Shown: one piece after another, positions 18,802 through 28,648 of the stretch
Position numbering within the stretch: the stretch's first letter is position 1
Layout of the letters: every line of letters starts with the position of its first letter
From: Candidatus Helarchaeota archaeon
GTDB taxonomy: Archaea; Asgardarchaeota; Lokiarchaeia; Helarchaeales; RDOG01
NCBI GenBank assembly: GCA_019058315.1
Contig: JAHPZH010000001.1
Span: 535,536 to 599,535, forward strand
Length of the DNA: 64,000 nucleotides
Direction: 5' to 3'
The notes under the pieces: generated by a model
The model's database searches: none
What the model saw: the letters and a program-made list of their open reading frames with translations, nothing else
What the model was told of the DNA's origin: nothing
Translations under genes and position numbers: made by a program

Positions 18802-19704
18802 TTAATCTTTTAGTTCTGAAAGGTCAAAGACGTAAATTTTATCTTCCCAACAACTTACGGCGAGTAATTGATTATCAGGAGATATTGAAACTCCAGTAAC
18901 TGCTTTTCCTATCTTAATCTTTTCCAGCTGTGTTCCATCTGGTTTAAAAATCAAAACAGTTTTATCAGAAGACCCACTTGCAATCCACTTACCATTTTTT
19001 GACCAGTCTAGTGCCATGACTTTATCTTGGCCACCTTCCAATGTTTGAGTGCTTTCACCGTCTCGATTATAGATTCTAATCAACTTATTTTTATAAGTCC
19101 AAGAGCCAACTGCGAAATTTTGCCCGTTTGGAGCCCATGCTAAGCAAGTATAAGACTCATAATGTTCTGATAGAACCTTAATTTCGTTCCACCCATTAGG
19201 ATCCCATAACCGAATTTTAGCGTCTTCAGAGGCAGTAACGAAAATATTACCATCTAAGCTCCATCCAAAACCATTTACAAAAGAGGTATGTCCCACAAGC
19301 TCCTTAATGTGGGATCCATCAACGTTCCAGATATTTATTTTATGATCTATGGTGTTAGATGCAATCATTTTGCCATCAGGCGACCAAGCTAGTTTATCAT
19401 TGACATTGGCATCAAAATCCTTGATAGTATTTCCATTTGAATCCCAAAGCCTGATCATTTTTTGTCCAGCTGTAGCTAGCATTCCCTCAGAAGACCAAGT
19501 TAAATATTTTACCTCGAATTCAGGCACTTCCAGAACCTTGATTGATTTTCCTTCTCGATTCCATAAACGTGCCGTCGAATCTGATGCACCAGATGCAAGT
19601 ATTTGACTGTCTGGAGACCATGCTACGGTCTCTACAGGACTTGCTTTGTGACCTTTAAATTTCATTTTTTTCATTTTTATCACAACAATTTTAATTATTA
19701 ACAA
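18802..19704 (-). CDS. WD40 repeat beta-propeller protein
   Basis: About 7 GH...VAWSPD...LASG..D.T.RLW repeats. Confidence 0.92.
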   Translation of the reverse strand: MLIIKIVVIKMKKMKFKGHKASPVETVAWSPDSQILASGASDSTARLWNREGKSIKVLEVPEFEVKYLTWSSEGMLATAGQKMIRLWDSNGNTIKDFDANVNDKLAWSPDGKMIASNTIDHKINIWNVDGSHIKELVGHTSFVNGFGWSLDGNIFVTASEDAKIRLWDPNGWNEIKVLSEHYESYTCLAWAPNGQNFAVGSWTYKNKLIRIYNRDGESTQTLEGGQDKVMALDWSKNGKWIASGSSDKTVLIFKPDGTQLEKIKIGKAVTGVSISPDNQLLAVSCWEDKIYVFDLSELKD

Positions 19705-19752
19705 TCAAATAGGGTTTAATTTCTACTATTTCTTTTTAAATTCTAAATATAA

Positions 19753-20250
19753 TTAATCATTCCATAATTCATTTTGCATTAGCTTCTTTATGAGTTCACG
19801 ATCGTAAATGAATAAATAAAGTCCAAGCCCAAGTGCAGACATTCCTCCAAAATAAATTAATGAAAGATATCCATTCCAGCCTGGAGGATAAAATAGATTA
19901 AAACCCAGAAAGCTCGTTAAATTTATTGCTAATAGTTCTAAGAATGCACCCATAAGAGTTGTCAGCATTAAATAAAATAATAATCCATTATAATCCAATT
20001 TTTCAATTTTAAAAAGTAAAAGCCAAGTGCAATAAATAAAAATATCGAACAGATGGACGAAAATATCATAGGGTTGTTGCCAAAGTATAATCATTAAAAA
20101 CATATCGAGCGTCCCTTGAATAGATCCGACACATAATCCAACCCAAATATGTCTATATTCTTTGTGACGAGCCCAAATTAAACATAAAAAAAGAACTGCT
20201 ATTCCAAGTGCAAGCCTACCAAAACCAAGCATTGCCCCGAAACTTGTCAT
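19753..20250 (-). CDS. Integral membrane protein
   Basis: About 5 hydrophobic helices. Confidence 0.65.
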   Translation of the reverse strand: MTSFGAMLGFGRLALGIAVLFLCLIWARHKEYRHIWVGLCVGSIQGTLDMFLMIILWQQPYDIFVHLFDIFIYCTWLLLFKIEKLDYNGLLFYLMLTTLMGAFLELLAINLTSFLGFNLFYPPGWNGYLSLIYFGGMSALGLGLYLFIYDRELIKKLMQNELWND

Positions 20251-20260
20251 AACAGCATCA

Positions 20261-21820
20261 CTAATCTGTATTTAATTCTTGGTAAATTTTATTCATATTT
20301 TTATAAATTTTAAGGTAAGCTTTGAATAATTTATCATATACTTTTTTATTTTGGCGTTGGGGCTGATAACTGGTCTTAATTTTTATTTTATCTTTTAAAG
20401 CATTAAAATTTTTGTATTTACCTAAACCTACTCCAGCAATCAAAGCAGCACCTATAGAGCCTGCATGAAATGGATTTTCCATTGAATTAATAACTTTCTC
20501 TGTGATATCAGCAAAAATCTGACACCAGATTTTACTGGATGCACCACCGCCAATTATGTTGATTTCTCTGACTTTACCTTTATTTCTTGAAAGTAATTCT
20601 TCCACACCTTGAAGCATCCATTTCACATGATATGCTACTCCTTCCAAAATAGCTCTTACAAAATCAGCTCTTGTATGATCTAGGCTTAAATTGAAAATTC
20701 CTCCTCTTAATGTAGTATCTAGGATTGGACATCGTTCTCCAAACATCCAAGGAGTAAAAATTAAATTATGGCTTCCTGGTGAAGAAGTTTCTGCAAATCG
20801 ATCCAAATCTTCATACGTCTCATCTTTCCCAATTTGATCTCTAACCCATTTTAGACATGCCCCAGCACTTTCTTGATGAGCAACCAACATGTATTTTTTA
20901 TCAGGATCAGGTCCTAAGACCGTGCCAGTCATAACTGCAATTTTCCGAAGACGCTTTGAAACTGGGGCTATTAACCAAGCACTAGAACCTACATATAGAT
21001 GAACTTCATTCTCTCGAACAGCCCCCGAACCAACTAATGCCGCAGACATATCACCACAACCATTAATTATGGGAATACCAGGTTTTAAATTCATTTCTTT
21101 AGCTGCTTCATCAGTTAATCCCCCGACAATATCGGTAGAATCCCCGACTTCTGGCAATTTTTCGATATCAATCTTAGCAAGATCACAAATTTTTTGAGAC
21201 CAGTTCATTTTTCCTTCATTTATATCTAGAATCCAGGAAACTGACGCACAATCTCTTGACGTAACATATTTACCTGTAGATTTATAAAGTATCCAATCCT
21301 TACAATCAAGAAATTTATAAGTATCGGCATACATTTTAGGTCTTTCATCTTTGATCCATAAAATTTTTGAAAGAATATCTTTTGGACCTGGACCTGCACC
21401 TGTGATCTTTAAAAATGTATAAATTTTTCTTATATTTTTTAGCATAGCACCCGTGGTAGTTAAATCCATAAGTCTTTTCGCTTGTTCTACTGCTCTAGAA
21501 TCCATCCAGATCATACAGTTCATTAATGGTTTGCCAGTTTTGTCAGTTGGGATTGTTCCATCCATCTGGGTAGCTGGTATTATGGCATCTACATCATCAG
21601 GATTTAAATTGGTTCTTTTTACTAAGTCAATAGTATTCTGTGTAATGGTGTTCCACCAAACGTAAGGATCTTGCTCAGCCCAATTAAGTTGCGGATAAAT
21701 TACGTCATATTCTCGAATTACTGAATCAATAATTTCAGTTTTGTCATCTTTTCCTTCTAAATTTATCAAACTAGATGCAGTTCCAGACGTTCCCATGTCA
21801 TGTGCAATAATATAACCCAT
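20261..21820 (-). CDS. FGGY-family carbohydrate kinase (xylulokinase-like)
   Basis: AHDMGTSG, AEQDP..WW, WMDSRA, GCGD, FTPWMFGERCP, RAILEGVA, IIGGGASSKIWCQIFAD. Confidence 0.9.
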   Translation of the reverse strand: MGYIIAHDMGTSGTASSLINLEGKDDKTEIIDSVIREYDVIYPQLNWAEQDPYVWWNTITQNTIDLVKRTNLNPDDVDAIIPATQMDGTIPTDKTGKPLMNCMIWMDSRAVEQAKRLMDLTTTGAMLKNIRKIYTFLKITGAGPGPKDILSKILWIKDERPKMYADTYKFLDCKDWILYKSTGKYVTSRDCASVSWILDINEGKMNWSQKICDLAKIDIEKLPEVGDSTDIVGGLTDEAAKEMNLKPGIPIINGCGDMSAALVGSGAVRENEVHLYVGSSAWLIAPVSKRLRKIAVMTGTVLGPDPDKKYMLVAHQESAGACLKWVRDQIGKDETYEDLDRFAETSSPGSHNLIFTPWMFGERCPILDTTLRGGIFNLSLDHTRADFVRAILEGVAYHVKWMLQGVEELLSRNKGKVREINIIGGGASSKIWCQIFADITEKVINSMENPFHAGSIGAALIAGVGLGKYKNFNALKDKIKIKTSYQPQRQNKKVYDKLFKAYLKIYKNMNKIYQELNTD

Positions 21821-21953
21821 TAAATTACCTCATTATACCAAAAAATTTACAAATTTTAATTCAAAACACTTAAAATAATTAAAATAGACTTATTGATAAT
21901 AAGTTTTTATAACTTTAATTTATTACTTTCTAATTTGTATAATTTCATTTGAA

Positions 21954-23333
21954 GTGAATAATATGTCGAAATTAAATTGGGCAACACGTTTGGATAATTA
22001 TATATGGATGGACGAGATAAACAGCAAAAATGCTGCAGATGCAGTAAAAGCAGCTAATGCTTTAATGATTCTCAAGGATAAAGAGGCTATCTATTCTTTA
22101 CTCGATACAATAGAAACAAGAATAAAAGATACTAGAGAAAGTTATGTTGATCTATTAGTTGAAATAAGAATAACTAAGAAGCTCTCTAATCTAAGAGACA
22201 AACTTAGGGACGAATCTAGGAAAGTAGAATTTTCAAGAAATGTATTAGATCCTCTTAGAAAATATTTAAGAGCACAAAAAACCAAGGAAGAAAAGGACTT
22301 AGAAACAGATCAGATAAAAAATATAGAAACAAAATTAAATGCAGTCTCTAATTATATCAGAGAATTAAAAAACAGTTTTAATAGTGCAATTCGAGAAGTA
22401 AACCCAAAAAAAGAATTAGAAAAGATGAATATTTCTTCAGGACGTGAAAAAGGTGCACTTGAGTCCTTTTTAAAAGATATTGAAAGCTTAGATAATTTTT
22501 CTGAAAGAGATAAAACAATTGAAGATATAAAGAATTTTTATGAAAACGAAAGTAATTTTTATGATCTTTCAAAAGCAATTTTTGATATATTAGTTAAAAT
22601 GGCAGAAGGAGTTCCAATACAACCATTTATTAATAAATTAAAATCAATTGGTAATGATCTAGGGAATCAATTCGCGGACGCTTTGGCTGAATTAGGCGAG
22701 GCGAAATTTTTAGAAAAAGTAGAAAATGCAAAAAAATCTAATGAACAATTTGAAGATTTAATGCTCCCATTATTAGACCAATTTGACGAACTTTCAGGGA
22801 AAAATGTTTCCGTTCAATTTCAAACTATTATTACTAAGCATATTGACAATGCAAAAGTTCTTATTGCAATAATTCAAGCCCTTGGGGCGATATGTACCGA
22901 AAATGAAGCTACTCAAGCTTTATTAGACTTACTAAATTCTCTAGATCTTAAAACACAGAAGAAATTTCTTGATTTAATTATAGAGCAAAAACCAGCTTTA
23001 GAAATCTCATATGGCAATTTAAAATGTAAATACGAACTAATTATAACAGAAATATTTAAAGCGTTAGGAAAATTCAAAGACAAATCAATTGTTGATCGAA
23101 TTCTTCAATTATTAAATTCCGATAATATCATTATAAAAAGGAAAGCCATCATTCTATTAGCTCAATTGGGAGATTCCAAGACCATAAAAGAATTAACCTC
23201 GTTTTTAAATGATGAGGATTTGCAAGTCCAAGAATACGCAATGATAGCACTAAAACAAATGGTTCCCTTTTTAAAAGGAATGGATAAATCAGAGATTTTA
23301 AATAATATTAATTTAGATTATGCAAAAAAGTAA
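21954..23333 (+). CDS. Coiled-coil protein with C-terminal HEAT repeats
   Basis: KALGKFKDKSIVDRILQLL / LLAQLGDSKTIKELTSFLNDEDLQVQEYAMIAL. Confidence 0.75.
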   Translation: MNNMSKLNWATRLDNYIWMDEINSKNAADAVKAANALMILKDKEAIYSLLDTIETRIKDTRESYVDLLVEIRITKKLSNLRDKLRDESRKVEFSRNVLDPLRKYLRAQKTKEEKDLETDQIKNIETKLNAVSNYIRELKNSFNSAIREVNPKKELEKMNISSGREKGALESFLKDIESLDNFSERDKTIEDIKNFYENESNFYDLSKAIFDILVKMAEGVPIQPFINKLKSIGNDLGNQFADALAELGEAKFLEKVENAKKSNEQFEDLMLPLLDQFDELSGKNVSVQFQTIITKHIDNAKVLIAIIQALGAICTENEATQALLDLLNSLDLKTQKKFLDLIIEQKPALEISYGNLKCKYELIITEIFKALGKFKDKSIVDRILQLLNSDNIIIKRKAIILLAQLGDSKTIKELTSFLNDEDLQVQEYAMIALKQMVPFLKGMDKSEILNNINLDYAKK

Positions 23334-23501
23334 AATTTCTCTTTTTTTCAAATCAATTTATTTTGTGAAACGTTCCCTTATTGGATAACTATATATTTGA
23401 TGGATCATTAATATTGATAAATTGAATTAACTCGAATTATTTATCATTTTGAGTTTCTTACTTCACGATTCAAATAGAATATGTCAAAGAGGCGTTTTTA
23501 A

Positions 23502-24014
23502 TTGAGTTTAGAAGATAAAATTGGCAAACTTGAAAAAGCTTTGAACGAGATTAAACAAAGATTAGTAAAAGTTGAACAAAAAGTAGGGATTTCCCAATCA
23601 AGTACTGGGATAAAACCATCAGAAAAACTTGTCGCTCCCATTCCGAAACCCTCATTACCCAGTGCCCCTATACCAAAACCTAAATCAAGCACTCCTTCGG
23701 CTCCAATTCCTAAACCTGCATCAAATACTCCTTCAGCTCCAATTCCCCAACCTGCATCTACAGCATCTAATATTGATTTAAAACCTACTGTTAGGAAAAA
23801 ACAAATAATAAAACAAGCATTACCTAGAGGAGGAGCAACAAGCCAAATTAAAGCTAAAAAGGGAGTTTTTCATTGTCCACAATGCGATAGTGATTATTAT
23901 GAGGAGCTTGAGGATAAAACAAAGCCATTATATACAATGGGCCCTGGCATTGCAATTTACAAAAAGAAACTCCGTTGCTGGAATTGTGGGCATGAGTGGC
24001 CGAAACCATCTTAA
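23502..24014 (+). CDS. Coiled-coil, proline-rich (3x PSAP) and zinc-ribbon protein
   Basis: N-terminal heptads; PSAPIP(K/Q)P repeats; CPQC...CWNCGHEW. Confidence 0.75.
   Translation: MSLEDKIGKLEKALNEIKQRLVKVEQKVGISQSSTGIKPSEKLVAPIPKPSLPSAPIPKPKSSTPSAPIPKPASNTPSAPIPQPASTASNIDLKPTVRKKQIIKQALPRGGATSQIKAKKGVFHCPQCDSDYYEELEDKTKPLYTMGPGIAIYKKKLRCWNCGHEWPKPS
23634..23759 (+). repeat. Intragenic ~36-bp tandem repeat (12-aa PSAPIPKP unit)
   Basis: APIPKP SLPSAPIPKP KSSTPSAPIPKP ASNTPSAPIPQP. Confidence 0.75.
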
Positions 24015-24255
24015 CCTTAATTTAATATACAACTAATATATTAAGTCAATTTCTCTTTTTTTAATATGATTCATTTGTTAATTTAAAAAATGAATTATTT
24101 TATTCACTTGATAGTCGAAAAATATGTCACCCAAAAAATTGATGACACATAATATTTTTTTTTAAAAGAGTAATATACCTCTAGTAATCTATAATATCTT
24201 TTTTTCTTTTCTCTATATAGTAAAAAGGAAGAAACGTTATTAATCTTAACATTTA

Positions 24256-24765
24256 TTATAATTTTAAACTCAGCTGGTCTGCGTTTTCACCCCACGAATA
24301 GAAATGATTTATTGTCTTTACAAATTTAAAATTCAATTTTTTATAGAATTTATACGCATCTTTATTGGATTCTTGAACATGAAGATAAATTTCCTTTACT
24401 TTAGGATGTTTTTTGAGATTATCAATTAATTTATTTATGAGTAATTTGCCAATTCCTTGTCTACGATAATCTTCTAAAACTCCAATTGCATAAACCAAAG
24501 CAGAATTTTTCTTTACCTCTCCTCCATTTATATCTACTAAAATAAAAGCAACTATTTTATTTTCAAGACTGTCCTCGGCAACTAGAAATAAATCTGGATG
24601 TTTCTTATGGTAAATATTAAATAAATATGAAAAGGAAACCCTTAAGGTAGCAGAATTAACCACATCAACTTGATCAAAATCCTTACGGGTATATTCCCTA
24701 CAAATTATATTATTCACAGAATCCATATTTGTCGATTTTCCATTTTTTTTTGATATTAAAACCAT
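24256..24765 (-). CDS. GNAT N-acetyltransferase (RimI/Ard1-like)
   Basis: IGVLEDYRRQGIGKLL, LHVQESNKDAYKFYKK, HFYSWGENA. Confidence 0.88.
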   Translation of the reverse strand: MVLISKKNGKSTNMDSVNNIICREYTRKDFDQVDVVNSATLRVSFSYLFNIYHKKHPDLFLVAEDSLENKIVAFILVDINGGEVKKNSALVYAIGVLEDYRRQGIGKLLINKLIDNLKKHPKVKEIYLHVQESNKDAYKFYKKLNFKFVKTINHFYSWGENADQLSLKL

Positions 24766-24856
24766 TTTGTTTAAAACTGATTTTTTATATCAAATATTTA
24801 AAATTTATTAGATTTAAAGTAGTTTTAAATGTAAAAGAAAATGAGGTAGAATTTAA

Positions 24857-25546
24857 TTGGCAAGTCCTTTTCGTGTTTATGAAAATATCTATTGTATTGG
24901 AGGTGGCAGCATTTCAAGTGCCGGCGATTGCATGGTTTATCTTATTGATATGAAAAAAAATAACCTTGTTTTAATTGATTCTGGAGTAACAAATTTTAAT
25001 AGAATTGTAGATAATATTAAAACTCTAAATTTTGATCCAAATAATCTTACTGCCCATATTATAACACATTGCCATATAGATCACATTGGAAATTCTGCTC
25101 ATTTCAAGAAATCATTTAATTTAAAAGTCTATGCACATGAACTTGACGTAGAACCAATTGAAAAAGGCGGTTCAAAGACAGGAGCAAGTTTTTATGGAGT
25201 TAATTATGAACCTGTAGAAATCGATCAAAAGTTTACAACAAGAGAGGGAGAGGAGATTTTACATATTGGAGAATATGACCTTCATATTCTTCATATTCCT
25301 GGGCATACACCAGGGGGTATAGCACCCTATATTGATATCGGTGGAAAACGAGTCATTTTTGCTCAAGATGTTCATGGTCCGCTTTTTCCTGCATTCGGTT
25401 CAGATAGAAAACAATTTGTCAAGTCTTTAAAAAGAATGCAAGATTTAAATGCTGATATTCTTTGTGAAGGACATTTCGGAATATATGATAGTAAGGACAA
25501 AGTTAAAGAATATATTGGCAGCTACATTTCTCAATTCTCAAGATAA
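24857..25546 (+). CDS. Metallo-beta-lactamase fold hydrolase
   Basis: LIDSG, THCHIDHIG, PGHTPG, CEGH. Confidence 0.9.
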   Translation: MASPFRVYENIYCIGGGSISSAGDCMVYLIDMKKNNLVLIDSGVTNFNRIVDNIKTLNFDPNNLTAHIITHCHIDHIGNSAHFKKSFNLKVYAHELDVEPIEKGGSKTGASFYGVNYEPVEIDQKFTTREGEEILHIGEYDLHILHIPGHTPGGIAPYIDIGGKRVIFAQDVHGPLFPAFGSDRKQFVKSLKRMQDLNADILCEGHFGIYDSKDKVKEYIGSYISQFSR

Positions 25547-25667
25547 ATTATTTAATTTTTATTTCTTAAATAATATCATTTATATTATGGTCTGATTCAT
25601 TTAATAAAATAAATTGATAAGCTTCTTTTTGGAGTTCTATAATGAAATTAAATTGGATGTAAGATCT

Positions 25668-26402
25668 ATGGAAAAAAAATTTCAAATCATAATCGATAAG
25701 AGAGAACCAAAAAAAATTATTGATTTACTCAAACAAGAAGAAATTGAAGTTAAGACGCAAAATTTAGATGTAGGGGACTATATTATTTCTGATTCTTTGG
25801 CCGTCGAAAGAAAATCAGGTCGTGACCTAGTTTCTTCAATAACTCAAGATAGAAGAAATTTGTTTGAGCAATTGATGCGGCTCTCAGAAACATATGAACT
25901 ACCAATTCTACTAATTGAAAATTTAAAAGCTGCTTTTAAATCTCAAATGGATCCTGCATCCATCTATGGAGTTATCACCAGTATTGCACAAAGAAATCGA
26001 ATTCCTATCATTCCTACCCTTAATTATAAAGATACGGTATTAGCTCTAAAAAGAATGGTTATTAGGGAACAAAAAGAAGAGGAAGAGCCTTTTGTAATAG
26101 CAAGAAGAGCCCCAAAGACAATGTCACATGAAGAACGCCAAACTTTTTATTTGGAGGGACTTTATAATATAGGACCAAAACGTGCACAACAATTATTGGA
26201 CACCTTTACAACCCCAAATGGAGTTCATAAAGCGATAAAAAATACCAAAATATTATATACGAAAACTGGAAAAGTAAAAGGAATTGAGGGTGAACTATGT
26301 AAGGTCAAAGGCATCGGTCCCAATTTTGTTATAAAAAATAAAAAATTATTATTTAATATAGAAGTAAACAACTCAAAACTTCAAAAAAAATTAAAAAATT
26401 AG
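25668..26402 (+). CDS. xpf: ERCC4/XPF-family structure-specific nuclease with HhH motifs (short XPF)
   Basis: IIDKRE, LDVGDYI, VERKS..DL, LYNIGPKRA and VKGIGP HhH. Confidence 0.85.
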   Translation: MEKKFQIIIDKREPKKIIDLLKQEEIEVKTQNLDVGDYIISDSLAVERKSGRDLVSSITQDRRNLFEQLMRLSETYELPILLIENLKAAFKSQMDPASIYGVITSIAQRNRIPIIPTLNYKDTVLALKRMVIREQKEEEEPFVIARRAPKTMSHEERQTFYLEGLYNIGPKRAQQLLDTFTTPNGVHKAIKNTKILYTKTGKVKGIEGELCKVKGIGPNFVIKNKKLLFNIEVNNSKLQKKLKN

Positions 26403-26429
26403 CTAAAATCTAACAAATAGTATTAATAA

Positions 26430-27017
26430 TTAGTCTGATTTGGGTTTTGCTCGACGTTTTAAAATTTTAGGTTCCTTAACATATGGTGGACGGGGTTTGA
26501 AGTTTGGAGGCTTTGGTAGTCTGGCGACTATTCTCGCGGGATTTCCTGCGACCATAGTAAAGTCAGGGACATTTTTAGAAACTACACTACCACTTGCTAC
26601 AACAGCCCCTTCTCCTATAATGACTCCTCCTAAAATTGTTGATCTGATTCCAATCCATGCTTTTCTTTTTATTATTGTTGGTCTTGGGAACATCGGAGCC
26701 TGTGTTGGATATTGACCTTCTTTCATTCTCATTATTTCTTTTCCATGTGCCACAATAATAGTGTAAGCTGCTATTTGGGCCCCATCTTGAATAATTACTT
26801 GAGAAGGAAATTGATCTTCAATATAGACATTTCTACCAAGCCATACATTTTTACCGATTCTCACTCCTCGAGCTTTATTCAATCTTGCTCGTAAACCTCC
26901 TCCAGGAATGAAACTAGAAATAATATTTACAAAACGAGAAAGTAAATGCCCTAATTTGCTTCTTTTCCTTCTCAATTTTTTTGAAAGTTTTGAATGATAT
27001 AGATCCCTTTTAGACAA
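26430..27017 (-). CDS. Hexapeptide-repeat (left-handed beta-helix) acyltransferase, WbeO/WcaF-like
   Basis: GVRIGKNVWLG, AWIGIRSTILGGVIIGEGAVVASGSVVSKNVPDFTMVAGNPARIV. Confidence 0.88.
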   Translation of the reverse strand: MSKRDLYHSKLSKKLRRKRSKLGHLLSRFVNIISSFIPGGGLRARLNKARGVRIGKNVWLGRNVYIEDQFPSQVIIQDGAQIAAYTIIVAHGKEIMRMKEGQYPTQAPMFPRPTIIKRKAWIGIRSTILGGVIIGEGAVVASGSVVSKNVPDFTMVAGNPARIVARLPKPPNFKPRPPYVKEPKILKRRAKPKSD

Positions 27018-27034
27018 ATTGAATCACAATAATT

Positions 27035-27829
27035 CTAATTCTTATTTATTCTTTTAGCAATTGCTATAATATAATTGTCTTCCTTTATTATTTTTATAAA
27101 ATAAATTTCCATTTTGTTCTGATTATTAATATTTACGAAGATTTTATTATTTCTTATAAAAATATGCGTTTTACGAAAATCTAATTTTAATCCAAGACCA
27201 GAAGCTTTAGAAACTGCTTCTTTTATACACCAAAAAGTAGTGCAAATTTCACTTTCAGAAGATTTTAAAGCTCTATAATTAGTAAAACATTTGAAAATTT
27301 TTAAAAAATCCTTAATCGTCAAGATTTTCTTTATTAAACTAGGTGAAAAATTCCTAATTTTCTCGATATCAACACCTATTTGATCAAAACTGGCAATAGC
27401 TACAATTTTATCTTGAGAATGTGAGATTGAAAAATTTATTTCTTTAATGTTTAATATTCCAGAAATGTTTAATACTGGTTTATTTGGAGAATTATTCAAA
27501 ATTTCAATTTCATTATAGGGATAATAACTCAAATTTGAATATTTTAACAATTTTATTATTGAGATCTTTGCCAATATCCTACCATATAACCAAGAAAATT
27601 TCTTTTTCTTATTTAAATATTCATTAACTTCCCGATTTGTAAAAAAATTTTTGAAAAATTCCTGATTTTCTAAATGTGAGAGATAAACATCTTCTTTCTT
27701 ACTAAGAGAAATTAATAAAATAACTAATTCTCCATCTATTACGAAAATAACTTCTTTAAAGTCAAATAGATGAATTAATCTAGAATTTAATTGATTGAAA
27801 TTTGAAATTTGGCCTCCAAGGTCTAACAA
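27035..27829 (-). CDS. 4'-phosphopantetheinyl transferase (Sfp type)
   Basis: GRILAK, NKP, FSISHS, IGVDIE, FWCIKEAVSKASGLGL; start uncertain. Confidence 0.88.
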   Translation of the reverse strand: MLDLGGQISNFNQLNSRLIHLFDFKEVIFVIDGELVILLISLSKKEDVYLSHLENQEFFKNFFTNREVNEYLNKKKKFSWLYGRILAKISIIKLLKYSNLSYYPYNEIEILNNSPNKPVLNISGILNIKEINFSISHSQDKIVAIASFDQIGVDIEKIRNFSPSLIKKILTIKDFLKIFKCFTNYRALKSSESEICTTFWCIKEAVSKASGLGLKLDFRKTHIFIRNNKIFVNINNQNKMEIYFIKIIKEDNYIIAIAKRINKN

Positions 27830-27906
27830 AAAATATCTCCAACATTAAAATTTATATTTATTCAAAAAATAGAGATCTATTTATATTAATTTATAAGGTT
27901 GAAATT

Positions 27907-28311
27907 ATGAATATAGAAATTGGAAAAACAGCGGAATTTTCAAAAACAATCACTGAAGATGACGTAAAGAAAATGGTAGTAATTTCTGGGGATGATAATC
28001 CAATTCATCTCGACGAGGAATTTGCAAAAAGAACTATATATAGAGGAAGAATAGCACATGGTCTACTCTCGTTGGGTTTGGTCTCCGCAGCATTGACTAA
28101 ACTTTTTGGACCAGGAAATATTTGGTTGAATCAAACTTTTTCTTTTACAAAACCGATTCACATTGGAGATACACTAAAAGCAAAATTAAAAATCATCTCT
28201 ATAGATAAAAGAAAAGTTTGTACTGTGGAAACTTTGGTTTATAATCAAAATGATGAATTAGTTTTAGATGGTAAAGCTGAATCAAAAGTTGCTTATATTA
28301 AAAAAAAGTGA
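27907..28311 (+). CDS. MaoC-like (hotdog) enoyl-thioester hydratase/dehydratase
   Basis: SGDDNPIHLDEEFA, GRIAHG, FTKPIHIGDTL; ATG 27907 preferred. Confidence 0.9.
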   Translation: MNIEIGKTAEFSKTITEDDVKKMVVISGDDNPIHLDEEFAKRTIYRGRIAHGLLSLGLVSAALTKLFGPGNIWLNQTFSFTKPIHIGDTLKAKLKIISIDKRKVCTVETLVYNQNDELVLDGKAESKVAYIKKK

Positions 28312-28396
28312 AAAAGTCTTGAACCATTAAAAAAAAATAGTTTGAATAACCTTTAATTACAAAATATTTAGAAAATATCATATAACTGCTTGATAG

Positions 28397-28648
28397 TTGA
28401 TTAAAGTCATGGTTAACTTGGAAAAATTCTTGGAGTATGTCTCCGAAGTATTCGAAATAGATCAGTCAGAAATATCTGATGAGCTAACTCCTGATGATAT
28501 TGAAGTTTGGGATTCCATTTCTCATATGGACTTAATGGCAAAATTCGAAGAAGAGTGGGGAGTTACATTTGATGTAGAGGAACTAACGGAAATGGAAACA
28601 ATCGGCCTTATTAAGAAAGCTTTGATCCGTCACGGAGTTGAATTATGA
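28397..28648 (+). CDS. Acyl carrier protein
   Basis: Acidic ~80 aa; WDSISHMDL phosphopantetheine Ser; FEEEWGVTF. Alternative ATG at 28409. Confidence 0.88.
   Translation: MIKVMVNLEKFLEYVSEVFEIDQSEISDELTPDDIEVWDSISHMDLMAKFEEEWGVTFDVEELTEMETIGLIKKALIRHGVEL

Noticed and set aside
24125-24147. TGTCA-n13-TGACA inverted repeat
   Set aside because: Arms are only 5 bp and lie between convergent genes; likely chance.
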